A stretch of DNA of 62,050 bases, filler included, from Globobulimina sp. (Eukaryota): NCBI GenBank assembly GCA_003354225.1. It is 17 parts of 17 records of this genome, joined end to end, with 100 filler letters (N's around TTAATTAATTAA, not from the genome) between each part and the next. Parts side by side here need not be neighbours in the genome. Positions count along the whole stretch, not along the records: positions 1 to 3,561 come from PIVH01002509.1; positions 3,662 to 7,221 come from PIVH01002510.1; positions 7,322 to 10,880 come from PIVH01002511.1; positions 10,981 to 14,538 come from PIVH01002512.1; 13 more parts are not named here. One strand, written 5' to 3'. The number at the start of each line of letters is the position of its first letter. Position 1 is the stretch's first letter. This document shows positions 1 through 11,117 of the stretch, one piece after another. The notes under the pieces were generated by a model. It ran no database searches and was not told the origin of the DNA. It saw nothing but the letters and a program-made list of their open reading frames with translations. A program made the translations under genes and the position numbers.

Positions 1-50
1 ATGTTAAACTAATATATTCTAAATACACTTTGTTTGTATGTATTGATCAA

Positions 51-233
51 TTTGACTTTTTAGGCTTAAACTTCTAAACACTTCTTTTGTGATTGGCAAG
101 GTTTTTGGGTTAGCTAGAGTGGTTTTCAACCTAGTATTCGAAGTTGACCTAGGTTTTGAATCCTAGTATTCAAAGTTGAAAACCTTGCCAATCACAAAAG
201 AAGTGTTTAGAAGTTTAAGCCTAAAAAGTCAAA
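51..233. repeat. Perfect 55-bp inverted repeat with 73-bp spacer
   Basis: 51..105 is the exact reverse complement of 179..233. The spacer holds two imperfect direct copies of GGTTTT..CCTAGTATTC.AAGTTGA. Confidence 0.9.
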
Positions 234-377
234 TGTCTTCGTTGTTTCATGGAAAATATTGTTAAAATGATTTCAAAGTGCTTCCAGATGATAAGTTCTC
301 TGAGGAATTACCATTTGTTTGATGTAACATATTTTTGGATTAATCCAGTTAATAATCAACTGTTCTAGAAAGAGGTT

Positions 378-427
378 AAAATTGGGACGCCACAAAAATT
401 GGAAAATTGCGACGCCACAAAAATTGA
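378..427. repeat. 25-bp tandem duplication
   Basis: AAAATTG(G/C)GACGCCACAAAAATTG(G/A) x2, followed by a degenerate third copy. Confidence 0.8.
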
Positions 428-792
428 AAAAGTGGCGCCGCAATGTTGCGCTTTTAGTCTTACTGCTATGTATACGTACTCTTTATAGGTAGTCTTTTGT
501 TTTATTAGGGTTTGTCGGAGGGCAAAATGGGGAGAAAAAAGTGTCTTCAAATTTTTTTATTTTAAAATATGATAATAATGAGAGTATTGGTGTGATGATC
601 TTCCAAAAATAAAATTGAAATGCACTCTTAGTCTCAGTTGACTTATAATCGCGATTCAAAGGATAAAATTAGAGATCATATTAAATCGAATACGCAGAAT
701 ACAGGCTATGCCATGTAAAAAATCAAAAGGAAAAAAGAAATAACTCACAACTCATAACTCAAAAAAGAAAAGATAAAACATACAAAATATTT

Positions 793-2794
793 TTATACTT
801 TGATGTTATTCTCTTGCATTTGTTTGCTACTGCTTTTAAGTAAATATTTATTTAATTCAACGATATGTTGTTGTGATAAATTAGCAGATATTTTCATTTG
901 CTCCATACATTGAAATAATGGATACAATGAACATAAATCGATTTGTTTCAAATATCTCATTTGATCCAATTCATTTGAAATAAATAAAACCTCATCATTT
1001 TTACACTCAAAATGAGACATAATATCTAATATAATTACAGATATATTATTTCTTTCTTTGTTCCAAAGCTCACTATCTTTGGAATACATAACATCCACAA
1101 ATCCATTTATATGTAGCATACCGATCAACAGTTTTATTTTATTCTCATTAAATCCATCTGAAATTACACATATCTGTCGCTGTGCTGTGTTTTTTATAAA
1201 TTCAAAATGATTCCGTAATAAATCGGATCGGTTAGGCTCGAAATTAAATAAACGATGTTGAACTTGTTTATTTGTCATCCATTCCACAGGTTTATTTTGT
1301 ATTGATTTTATAGCATCCCTTGCAATATAAATAATGGATAACAATACGTTTATATCATATATAACCACTTTGATATTCCTTAAATCCTTCAAATTTATCT
1401 CCAAATCGGAGAATCTTCGTGAATGTGAATGTTGTGTAAACATGTTTGGATTATCTGGAATGTTGCCGCTGGAAACATTCATATCGATATCGGGCGTATT
1501 CCCTCCATCTCCACTCGATTCTGATGGCGATTGGATCGACGGTGAATAGGGTGTCAACGAATTATTTTTCACCACATGAAGAGCGCCTAAATTATTATTG
1601 TTCTTAGCTTGGTTGTACACATCGAATGCATTCTGCTTTTTGTTTGCATTGTCTTCTGCTATAATAACAATCGATAATTTGTTATTTTCTTTTTTAATCT
1701 GTTCTTTGTTGAATGAGTCAACCTCTTTTTGCAAATTTTTGATGTTTGTGTCCTTTTGCATCGCATAATGACGACAACAATGTAAGGATTGAAACAAACA
1801 AAAGCCAATGGATGATTTGGATACTTTTGTAATGGATTGAAAACACCAAATATGAAATATCATAACAACAAACATATCGAACCATATAAAGCCAAAATAT
1901 CCGATATCTCGCGAATAAAATGGCGATTTAAGGTACGAAGTGTTATCCAAATCTGATCCTAGATTCATAATTAATGCAATACTGACAATAATAATGATAA
2001 ATATACTTATAATGCAAATGAACAGCACTCGTTTTTTAGTCCGAATAAATTTCTGTACATTGTATAATGTGTTTGTATAAACTACAAAATCTATAAACTA
2101 GTCACTTAACATTGACAACGTGCGGATCTGATTTTGCTTCGATGACATGATGTAATTTATCCATATACAGATACACTCGGAAATGGTGAAAGGTATTGCA
2201 AATAGCAAATATTATAGCAATTGAGCTAAGGATGTAATACGCGATAATACTTGGAATGATAGTATCTGCTGTCCATGCTACAAATTCTAAGACTAAATAT
2301 GACACAAAGCCAAAGATGGCAATATATTTACATGATATGCCGACATATTTCATCACATTGGAATGTTTGCTAATTGATTGTTTGAAGTGGATTAAATGAT
2401 GATGATGTTTCACCTCTTTCTCTTTCTCTGCGTCTTTAATGTCGTCATCATTGTTAGTGTCATCGCTGTAAAATAAATGTGATGATTCTATGGCTGCATG
2501 AAAGATATCTCGCATAAAAGGAATTGTTATCCAAATAATAATTAATATAGTTGAGGCACGAAGAAATTTGCAAATGGCATTCAGTATGAATCTCAATCCA
2601 TTATCGTCAATTAATTGTGAACCATATGTTTGAACAATTATGTTAATGCATAGACTCATTATAGAGACTAATAATAATAACCACCTATACAATAATACAG
2701 ACGGCACTGTTACAGCAGTTATGCATATTTGAGCAAGACATGAGAATGATAGTAAAGCTGACGTCATGGTAGAGATTACAAATAAAACAAACAT
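793..2794 (-). CDS. Two-exon multi-pass (7TM-like) membrane protein with a C-terminal HAD-like domain
   Basis: ORFs 2102..2794 and 793..2028 join in frame through a 58-nt GT..AG intron (2110..2053, ...HVVN|KFIRTKKRV...). About 7 hydrophobic segments. The tail has degenerate HAD motifs (KVVIYDIN, ICVIS, EVLFISNE). Confidence 0.6.
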
Positions 2795-2920
2795 GATTAC
2801 GATATCGACTGACTTTTTTTATACTTTAGTTTATTAACTCACTTTTCCACTTTAATTTATAAATTGTGTAAAATATTTGCATATATAATGAGCATTATTT
2901 GTATTGGTTCTATTGTTAAG

Positions 2921-3530
2921 ATGTCAGCTTATCCATCATTGGTTTTATGGAAACGGTTAGGAACTAAACATTATGAGACAAATTATCGCGCATTTGGTAC
3001 AACAAGTGATGATTTCAATGACATCGCGGAAATGCAAAGTATATCGTCAGGTTGAATTACTTCTAACTACAGAAACTTACATATTACAAATTACAATCAA
3101 CTTTTATCACAGACATAATTGAAGCATATGACACATATCGAGTTCTTATTAATATGCCAGGAATGGATAAAGAAGATATCAATCTAACGCTCAAAAGTTA
3201 TCACATTAATATACAAACTCTTTCTCCGATATGAAATTTCTGGAATTTTCTAGCATTTACATATGTTCAAACAACTGAAGTTTGGAAGTTTTAAATTTTT
3301 ATTTGTGTTATATAGATAAAATATTGAATATTGAAGGGAAACATAGTCAACATAAAGCAACGAGTGTTTCTGTCAAAAGTATAAAACGGTCTTTTTCTTT
3401 ACCAACAAATATCTTATCAAATGTCTCAAAAATAAAGGCAAAGTATAAAGACGGTGTATTGGATGTATTAATACCCAAAAAAAATGGTGGATCTGACGAT
3501 AATTCCTCAAGCAAAATTATTGTACATTAA
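2921..3530 (+). CDS. Small heat-shock protein (HSP20/alpha-crystallin), 3 exons
   Basis: Exons 2921..3050, 3113..3196 and 3316..3530 splice to DIIEAYDTYRVLINMPGMDKEDINL...KRSFSLP...IKAKYKDGVLDVLIPK, the alpha-crystallin consensus. Confidence 0.85.
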
Positions 3531-3561
3531 TATAAATTTTCTTTTTTGTGTTAATTTGTAA

Positions 3562-3661
3562 NNNNNNNNNNNNNNNNNNNNNNNNNNNNNNNNNNNNNNN
3601 NNNNNTTAATTAATTAANNNNNNNNNNNNNNNNNNNNNNNNNNNNNNNNNNNNNNNNNNNN
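3562..3661. other. Artificial contig linker (first of 16): 44 N + TTAATTAATTAA + 44 N
   Basis: Identical 100-bp spacers start at 3562, 7222, 10881, 14539, 18197, 21854, 25511, 29167, 32823, 36478, 40133, 43787, 47441, 51094, 54747 and 58399. The 12-mer puts stops in all six frames. Contig lengths fall steadily from 3561 to 3552 bp. Confidence 0.99.
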
Positions 3662-3922
3662 AATATAACATTAAATCATAAAACAACGCAATGTAAAGGC
3701 GAATATTGTGTCAACTGTTTATATAAAGATTACAATTTAACAATGGCAATAACGACAGATAATGGATACGTTGGTCATATGGGGCATAAACAAAGACATG
3801 TCCGGCAAAGAATGGATGAACGGAACTTGATAGGAATAGATGATATTAAAAATATGACAGTCATAAACAATAATATCGCAATTGATAATAACAACTGTAT
3901 GTACATTCACTTGCAAGTGTAA
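3662..3922 (+). CDS. 3' end of a gene truncated by the contig edge (possibly glycosyltransferase-like)
   Basis: 87 open codons from the contig start to TAA, including GYVGHMGHKQRHV. Confidence 0.4.
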   Translation, partial: NITLNHKTTQCKGEYCVNCLYKDYNLTMAITTDNGYVGHMGHKQRHVRQRMDERNLIGIDDIKNMTVINNNIAIDNNNCMYIHLQV

Positions 3923-3968
3923 ATTGTAAAACTACTACTTGTCCAACTAAAAAAACTTGATAAATAAA

Positions 3969-5228
3969 ATGAAAAACGTAATAAAATGCAGATGGTTTCC
4001 CTTTATTATAATCACTATGATTGGATTAATAATCACGATGATAAGCACTCAGGATTCAATAAACGTACATTTATTGCCAATAAATAACAAAACTTCTGAT
4101 CAAACTTCTGATGAAACATTAAATTATTTCAACAATATTTTTAAATTTGACAGCAAAAAGCAATCAAATAAAATTGCCGTTGGAATACCAATTCATTGCT
4201 ATGACCTAAAAACAACATTTTATTATATACAACGGAGTCTGTGTCAACATTTATTTTTATCAACAATGATACCTAAAATGTTGTATCTACGATTAACAAA
4301 TTTAAATAATAACCAAACTGACTGTGTTCAATGGGCCAACAAAACCATTTTTGTTGTTGAAAATTTGTTAAATGATATCCGGTATTTCATGAATAAAATA
4401 AATTTATTAAATAACAATAATGAGATGGACCACATTGTAGTTAGCATGGACTTTCGATATGAATCTGTGAATCGAGGCTATAATCGCAACTTCTTTGCAA
4501 ATAAAACAAATAATGATAAAATTCAATATTTCAGCAATTTTGATGCCGATGATATCATACATCCACAAAGAGTGCAAATCATTGACCATGCAATAAATGA
4601 AATTATTATTTATAATAATAAAGGCAATCTGAGCGTAAATTCAGTTATTCTCCATCAATATGACCGAGCTCCGTGCAGACAGCCTCAACAACACATTCTT
4701 TTTAACCAACATGACGACTTATTATCGAATACATATAATTCGACTAAAGTTATGGTACAGTTTCTGTCTCAATGTATTTTATTCAGTAAACATGAGACCT
4801 TTGCAAGCCAACCGACAGTAAGAAAAATGAATAAATTGCAATTTATTTATGAAACAGAATTATTGCAAAATCAAACATTAATTGAATATCAAAAGAAAAC
4901 AAATTGGAATAATTCTATATTGATAATAAAGTCTGCATATTTTTGGAAGTATTACACAAAAAAAATTATTGACATGAAAAATGCACCGTCGCTGCCAAAA
5001 CTGCCAAAAGGTTATTTTTGGAAATATATTCCAAATCAACATTTAAAACCTCATACCGGATGGATAACATCGTCAATGAAAAATTATTATGATACTAATG
5101 GATTCGATAACGACTATTATATGTTGGCAGATGCGCAGTTTTTATTCGACTCCATCACTATGGCTAATCACTCACTTGTTATTATTCCACAACGTTTAGG
5201 AATTTGGTGTTCTGGACCAAGATTCTAA
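3969..5228 (+). CDS. Type II membrane GT-A fold (GT2-like) glycosyltransferase
   Basis: N-terminal TM anchor, IAVGIP strand and DxD motif FDADDIIHPQR. Confidence 0.65.
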   Translation: MKNVIKCRWFPFIIITMIGLIITMISTQDSINVHLLPINNKTSDQTSDETLNYFNNIFKFDSKKQSNKIAVGIPIHCYDLKTTFYYIQRSLCQHLFLSTMIPKMLYLRLTNLNNNQTDCVQWANKTIFVVENLLNDIRYFMNKINLLNNNNEMDHIVVSMDFRYESVNRGYNRNFFANKTNNDKIQYFSNFDADDIIHPQRVQIIDHAINEIIIYNNKGNLSVNSVILHQYDRAPCRQPQQHILFNQHDDLLSNTYNSTKVMVQFLSQCILFSKHETFASQPTVRKMNKLQFIYETELLQNQTLIEYQKKTNWNNSILIIKSAYFWKYYTKKIIDMKNAPSLPKLPKGYFWKYIPNQHLKPHTGWITSSMKNYYDTNGFDNDYYMLADAQFLFDSITMANHSLVIIPQRLGIWCSGPRF

Positions 5229-5390
5229 TCATTTTAAACTTGTTTGTCCACATAATATATATTTTAATGACACTGATTTTAGTCATTTTACTGCAGGTTT
5301 TCAGTTAGAAAGATTTTTTGTAACAAAAGCACGAACAATCAATTAACAAACACACGAAAGTCCCGAAAATATTAATGCACGCATATGATT

Positions 5391-6696
5391 TTACAACAAT
5401 TCACCAGTTGGTATTTCCTGTAATTCAGCACCTTGAGCCTTTGGATACGGATTACATTTTCCAAAAAGTAGTTTTGTTCTACCTTCTGGATCTGCCTCTG
5501 TTTGAACAATAACAATTTCACCAAAATTCATCGCTTCGATCACTCCGTTATTGATAAAATCATCCCTGATATGAATACATATAAAACCGCCACCTCCATC
5601 AATCCCAACATCAACCACTCGCACTCCAAATCCATTATAGCTCTCTTCTCCATTATTGGCAAAATACTTCAACTTCGACAATATCTCCCTATCTCGGCTA
5701 TTATTGCCAGTCTTATTGATCTTTATTGGTTTACTCGTTCCATTCGATAACACATATCCATTATTCACAAAATCTTTGCATTTCATGGAAATGCATCCAC
5801 CGCCAATCCCTCCATAGAATATTTTCCTTGTTTTCCTCGCATGTTTCTTGCTTTTCGCCCTAGCAAAATACGAACCGCCTTTAGAAATATAATAAGACTC
5901 AAAGTCATACAAATCGGATGGCTTAGATATGATGGTTTGACTCAATGGCATGTCCTTCTCCTCCTCGTCGTCGTCGATACTGTCCAAAGTTTTTCCCTCC
6001 GCGCCACTGATATCAGTGACGGGGTTCAAAGTATTTATGTATTTCGCAGTTTGATGATAACCACAATACGTAATTAACACACTGTCATTTTCCAAGCCAG
6101 TCAAGCCAGCACCATTTAAATTGATCGCGCCGTGCTTATCAATGATTATATTTTCATGGCAATATATGTTTAATATGCCACCAATGTTATGATGGTAATC
6201 GCAGTCAATCCACTTAGTTACAGTCAAGACACCGTATTGTTGGATATGCAATGATCTGAATTCATAGATACGTTTACCATTCGATGGTAGGACTAATGTT
6301 GTATTGCTCTCTACGATCAAGGTCTCATTCCTATTGCCTTCATGCTCATATTCAGCTTCGTAGGTTACATATCCTATGATCATATCAATTAAGTCTTCAT
6401 TGTCAGCAATCGCTGGGTTTAGCTCAACGTCGGATGTGCTGCCAATGACGCAAATACGTAGACGTCGGAGCCATGATCGCAGCCAAAGAATGCGTTTGTG
6501 ATGCTTTCTATTGTTAGTATTTGTGTATTGGTGTATTTGTGTATTACGGAGAGGATAGGAATTGATACGTTTTGTAAAATATGTATCGTTTGCCTCCAAT
6601 TTGAGTGTCTGCAAAATTATATGCAGACCAACTGAAGTTATTTGTTGTTGTTAGCTTTGTTTTATTGTTGTTCACGTCTGAAGAGGAACAACCCAT
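5391..6696 (-). CDS. Hypothetical glycine-rich beta-strand protein with N-myristoylation-like start, 2 exons
   Basis: Exon 6696..6569 (MGCSSSD...) is followed by a 61-nt intron 6568..6508 with an ACTAAC branch site, joining ORF 5391..6614 in frame. Contains GGIGGGCI and GGGGFICI repeats. Confidence 0.6.
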
Positions 6697-6774
6697 GGTT
6701 TTGGATGTGTGGTTGCAAGTTTTTTTTTGATTTGGTGGTCAAAAAACGTGTACAGTACCATGCTAAGTCACTGT

Positions 6775-7221
6775 AAAGACAAACAAGCACTTTTTAAAAA
6801 AACTTGACGCCAAAGCCCGTGTTCTGAATACCCTCGATTTCAATCATGAATATATCTCTTTGGATAACAAAATAACGTATCTATGCTGAGTTAAAAAGAG
6901 ATTGGCTGCCAGCAAACAGTCAGGTTGTCCGAAATGATGTGATAACTGTCGATCCTTTCGATACCATTACAGAGCCACATGAGCTGCGACCAATTATAAT
7001 AAAAGTTCAACACCAACGCATTATTGACAAATTGAATAAATATCATCCCCTAAAGATACTGAACCACTGCACCGATGATTATAAACCAATGAATATGTAT
7101 GAAATAAGTGAGTTGGATGACTACATAAAGGAGCCAATGATAAAAACATATCGAGAGTTATTCTACAATTTCAACCAACAAATTCCATATTGCCGCCTAT
7201 GCCATACCAACATCAATAAAC
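6775..7221 (+). mobile_element. Degenerate non-LTR (LINE-like) retroelement fragment
   Basis: Translations FLKKLDAKARVLNTLDFNHEYISL and VDPFDTITEPHELRP...YRELFYNFNQ..CRLC align by eye with the remnant at 16580..18196. Frameshifted and internally deleted. Confidence 0.55.
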
Positions 7222-8113
7222 NNNNNNNNNNNNNNNNNNNNNNNNNNNNNNNNNNNNNNNNNNNNTTAATTAATTAANNNNNNNNNNNNNNNNNNNNNNN
7301 NNNNNNNNNNNNNNNNNNNNNATTTTGCAAAGTTAAGGTTGACATGATCTTTGGTCTCTGTTTTTTATTTTGACGATATATATACACACAAGTTTTATAC
7401 AGAACAATAGAAATAAAAATTAATGGAAACCATAATAGGAATATAGTTCACAATGAAAATAACAAAATCACAATTGTGAAAATAACAATGCGGTGAGTGA
7501 CATGGTAATGGTAATTTTAGTACAATGTGTATGTGGTAATCGGCACCAATTTGGAATTTAATGTGCTGTCTATTGGACAAATTGTAATCATTCATTTTGT
7601 ATACCGTATATATCAAATAAAATTAATAATGATATTATTCTGATGTGTTTAATTAAAAATTGTGAACAAGAATTATTGATAAAATAAATGGCGAAATTCG
7701 CGGCAAAAGGCATAATATTTATCACTTAGAACACAAATATTAATTTGTATAGATGGGAGTCTTTACTTTGTTGGCCAGATTGTCTTCCTTTATATCATAA
7801 GAAATGTGCTCTGACAGCATTATATTGTATTTAGCATTATATTGTATTATTAAAAAAATAAATCCCAAAATGTGTTACGCCAAATTATCATCGATTAACT
7901 ATTATTGGAGCAAGATAATCATAAAACGATTAAAGATCAATGTAAAACTCTACGCAAATTAATAAATAAACAGCAAAATAAATCTGAGGATTGAAAAGTG
8001 ATATAATATTCATTGTGAACTATATTCCTATTATGGTTTCCATTAATTTTTATTTCTATTGTTCTGTATAAAATTTGTGTGTATATATATCGTCAAAATA
8101 AAAAACAGAGATC

Positions 8114-9913
8114 ATGTCAACCTTCATGAAAGTGTCTTATTTTCAAAGAATGTCGTGTTTCTGCATGTTTTAGCAATCTATGTTTACAAAGCAGGCAGTC
8201 ACAACAAATTGAAATCAAAATCCTTTCTCAAAGACCTATGGAATCAGAGGAAGATATTTATTCCTCTTCTTATCCATTTTTATGTATGTTCTCTGTTATG
8301 ATATATCACATAACATAACATCGAAAGGATACGGCTACGGATATTGGAGTCATTTATAATTGGGCTGAATTGATGAAGCAAGAGCAATCAATGAACTTTG
8401 AGTCGATCGATATGGAGACATTCTTTTGGTGCGGCATTGCATTCCTTCTCCTTTATAGAGTTATATTATTGGTCTGGGCATTGCTGGACTGGCTTTTACG
8501 TGGTGAGGGTGAGTGGTATCATGTTGTTTTGGTGTTGTTGGATTTGTATATTTTTGTGGTGGTTTATGAGTCCTTCAATGCGGCAATAGAAAGAAAAAAG
8601 AGCAAAAAGCAGTGCAACAACAATTAAGCAAATCCATTGAAGCTGGAAAAATCAGTGACAAGCAAGCACAGATAATCCAAGATGGTTTACAAGAAATGGG
8701 AGAGATTGAACCTGCAGATAAACAGGTACTAAGTTCATATTCTATTAAATGACAAATAAATACATATATGTCGCAACACTCAGATAATGATGCAAGTCGC
8801 GGAAGCTATCACAGAGAGTATGCCCCAAATCATCCTGCAGTCCGTATTCGTGTTGAGATCCCAAAATGATCCGCTTCTTAGGGAAAGTGCAGCAAATTTC
8901 AGTTTAATAATATTGAGCGTATTGGCGAGTTGAGTTTATTTAGTATTGCGAGTAAATATGGATATAGCGATAAAGATGAGGTTGAGGAAAGAGCGCAATC
9001 ATTAAAACCGAGAGAAAGATTTCCAGATTGCATTAATTATTGGTATTTATGTCATATTTTAGCAAAGTTCGCTGTGTTTACACTCATTTGGCGTGGCTAC
9101 CAATATGGGCTGGATCAGTGGCTACCAATATGGGCTGGATCAGTGTTTGTAGTTTGGTGCGTCGTGAGTTGTTTCGATGATAATGTAGACTCAGTAATTG
9201 CGGGTGCTTTTAATGGCATAGTTTATCTCGTTGCAATTATGGAGATCCGCAAAGAATATCGAATGTTTTTTCTATTGAAATGGGTGGAAACAACGATTGG
9301 ATTGATATTAATTGCAATATTTGGAACAATTAAGTTTGAGTGTAGCATCTGTCATGATTCAGGAATGATATTTAAAAATGATATGATTTTCATGTATTGG
9401 ATAATGGGAGTTTTAGCTCATATTATTGATGCAATGTTGTATTTGGTGCTTTATTTTGCAAATATATTATTAGATAAAAAAGAAGAAAGTATTTATCATA
9501 ATCGATGGGGACATAAATTTGGGGATGAAGATGAAGGCGAGCCTTTTAAGCATTTGATTAAAGATCATAAAACGCAGAAAATTACAGGTATTCGGTTATG
9601 GAGTGATGCGCGTAATAAGTATCTGTCAGGCATTGAGTTTGAAGTAAATCGTGTTTGGATGGGAAAACATGGTAAAAAGTCCTACTCACCGCCATACGCA
9701 CAAGGAATATTACACACAGATGAATATATTAATTGTATTATCATCTATGAGACAAACTATGTTAAATTTCGTACAAATGGAGAAAGATCAGTATCGGCTG
9801 GGAGAAAACCTAAAAGATATGAGGATTTTAAATTAGTTGACTGCAAAGGAAGAAGTGATGATGAAAGAGTGCACGAATTGCAATTTTTATGGCATATAAA
9901 TATCTACGCTTAG
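8114..9913 (+). pseudogene. Disrupted XK-related multi-pass membrane protein with a C-terminal jacalin-like domain
   Basis: Motifs HFY|DTATDIGV and AEAITESMPQIILQSVF are XK-like. The tail ITGIRLW...GIEFEV...GKHG...DEYI...FRTN is jacalin-like. Frameshifts near 8600 and 8930, plus a 25-bp tandem duplication at ~9095-9145. Confidence 0.55.
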
Positions 9914-10270
9914 TGTTAGATGTAAATAATTTTTAATAAATATTCATAAAATATATTATAATTACTTTAGAACGTGAATAATTTGAAACATGAATACGTT
10001 TGAAACTGTATACATTATTTGTTAAACGAATATAAAATAAACGAATGCTGATAGATTATAGTGTGAATTAGTTGAATCTATTGTTAATTTCACTAAGCTT
10101 TCGGCTAACATTAATTGAAAAATTAAAGATATTCAATCACAAAAACTACAAACACTCGAAACTAAGATACACCAAAAGAAACATAAAACAAACAAACGTG
10201 AAAAATAATGTTTGAAAATTGAATCAAAAACAAATATGATTTCTCTTAAATACAAAATGCAAAATGCGTA

Positions 10271-10567
10271 GAAAGAACGTATCCTGTTCATAATTTTACA
10301 AAAATAGGAGAGTTTTCTGATATTCATTATATGAAGAAGCCAAATGCTACTATACATTTAACAGTTGGCACAGGCGGAGCTTGGATAAATGAAGAATAAT
10401 TTGTTAAACCAGCGCCGGAATGGACTGTATATAGAAATGGTACTGTGTTGGAAAGCCCTTATGGTTATGGAATGTTGCGAATATTTAATGAAACACATGT
10501 ATATTATCAATTTGCCAAACAAAAGACAAGAGAGATTCTTGATTTTATGTGGATTGATAAAAAATAA
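10271..10567 (+). pseudogene. 5'-truncated purple acid phosphatase C-terminal fragment
   Basis: Reads ERTYPV...TIHLTVGTGGA...PAPEWTVYR...YGYGMLRIFNETH...DFMWIDKK with an in-frame TAA at 10397..10399 and no upstream catalytic exons. Confidence 0.6.
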
Positions 10568-10637
10568 AATGAATAAATATTGAAATTAAAAAACTTCAAC
10601 ACTAAACACACTTGACATCAAAACATTGTCTTTCGAA

Positions 10638-10880
10638 ATGATATCCAAAACAGACGATGTTGTTGCATTAGCTATGCAACTTATAAATATCGAGTCTATC
10701 ACAAACAACGAATATCCAATGGCAGTCGCATTAAAATCCTGGTTACAAGCAAGAGATTGGACAGTCCAATTACAATTAGTTGCAGATAACAGATATAATG
10801 TATTAGCATATCCAAATAACACTGATCCAACCACAGCAAAATTATTAATCAATAGTCACATTGATACAGTTCCTCCATTT
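10638..10880 (+). CDS. M20 peptidase / acetylornithine deacetylase-like protein, N-terminal part
   Basis: LINIESIT..E, NVLA and the metal-binding motif LLINSHIDTVPP. Truncated by the contig end. Confidence 0.8.
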
Positions 10881-11117
10881 NNNNNNNNNNNNNNNNNNNN
10901 NNNNNNNNNNNNNNNNNNNNNNNNTTAATTAATTAANNNNNNNNNNNNNNNNNNNNNNNNNNNNNNNNNNNNNNNNNNNNTTTATTTTCTTGTTGTTTTT
11001 GGTTTCATAAAATCTCATTATTGCATTTGAACTGTTGCAATATCAATGAATATTAGTTGTGGGACAAACGTGTTTATAAAAAGCTATATAAGTCCGACTC
11101 TATAACAAATTCATAAT

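Noticed and set aside
10397-10399. Stop-codon reassignment suggested by the in-frame TAA
   Set aside because: TAA, TAG and TGA all end intact genes in this window, and long ORFs are open in the standard code.
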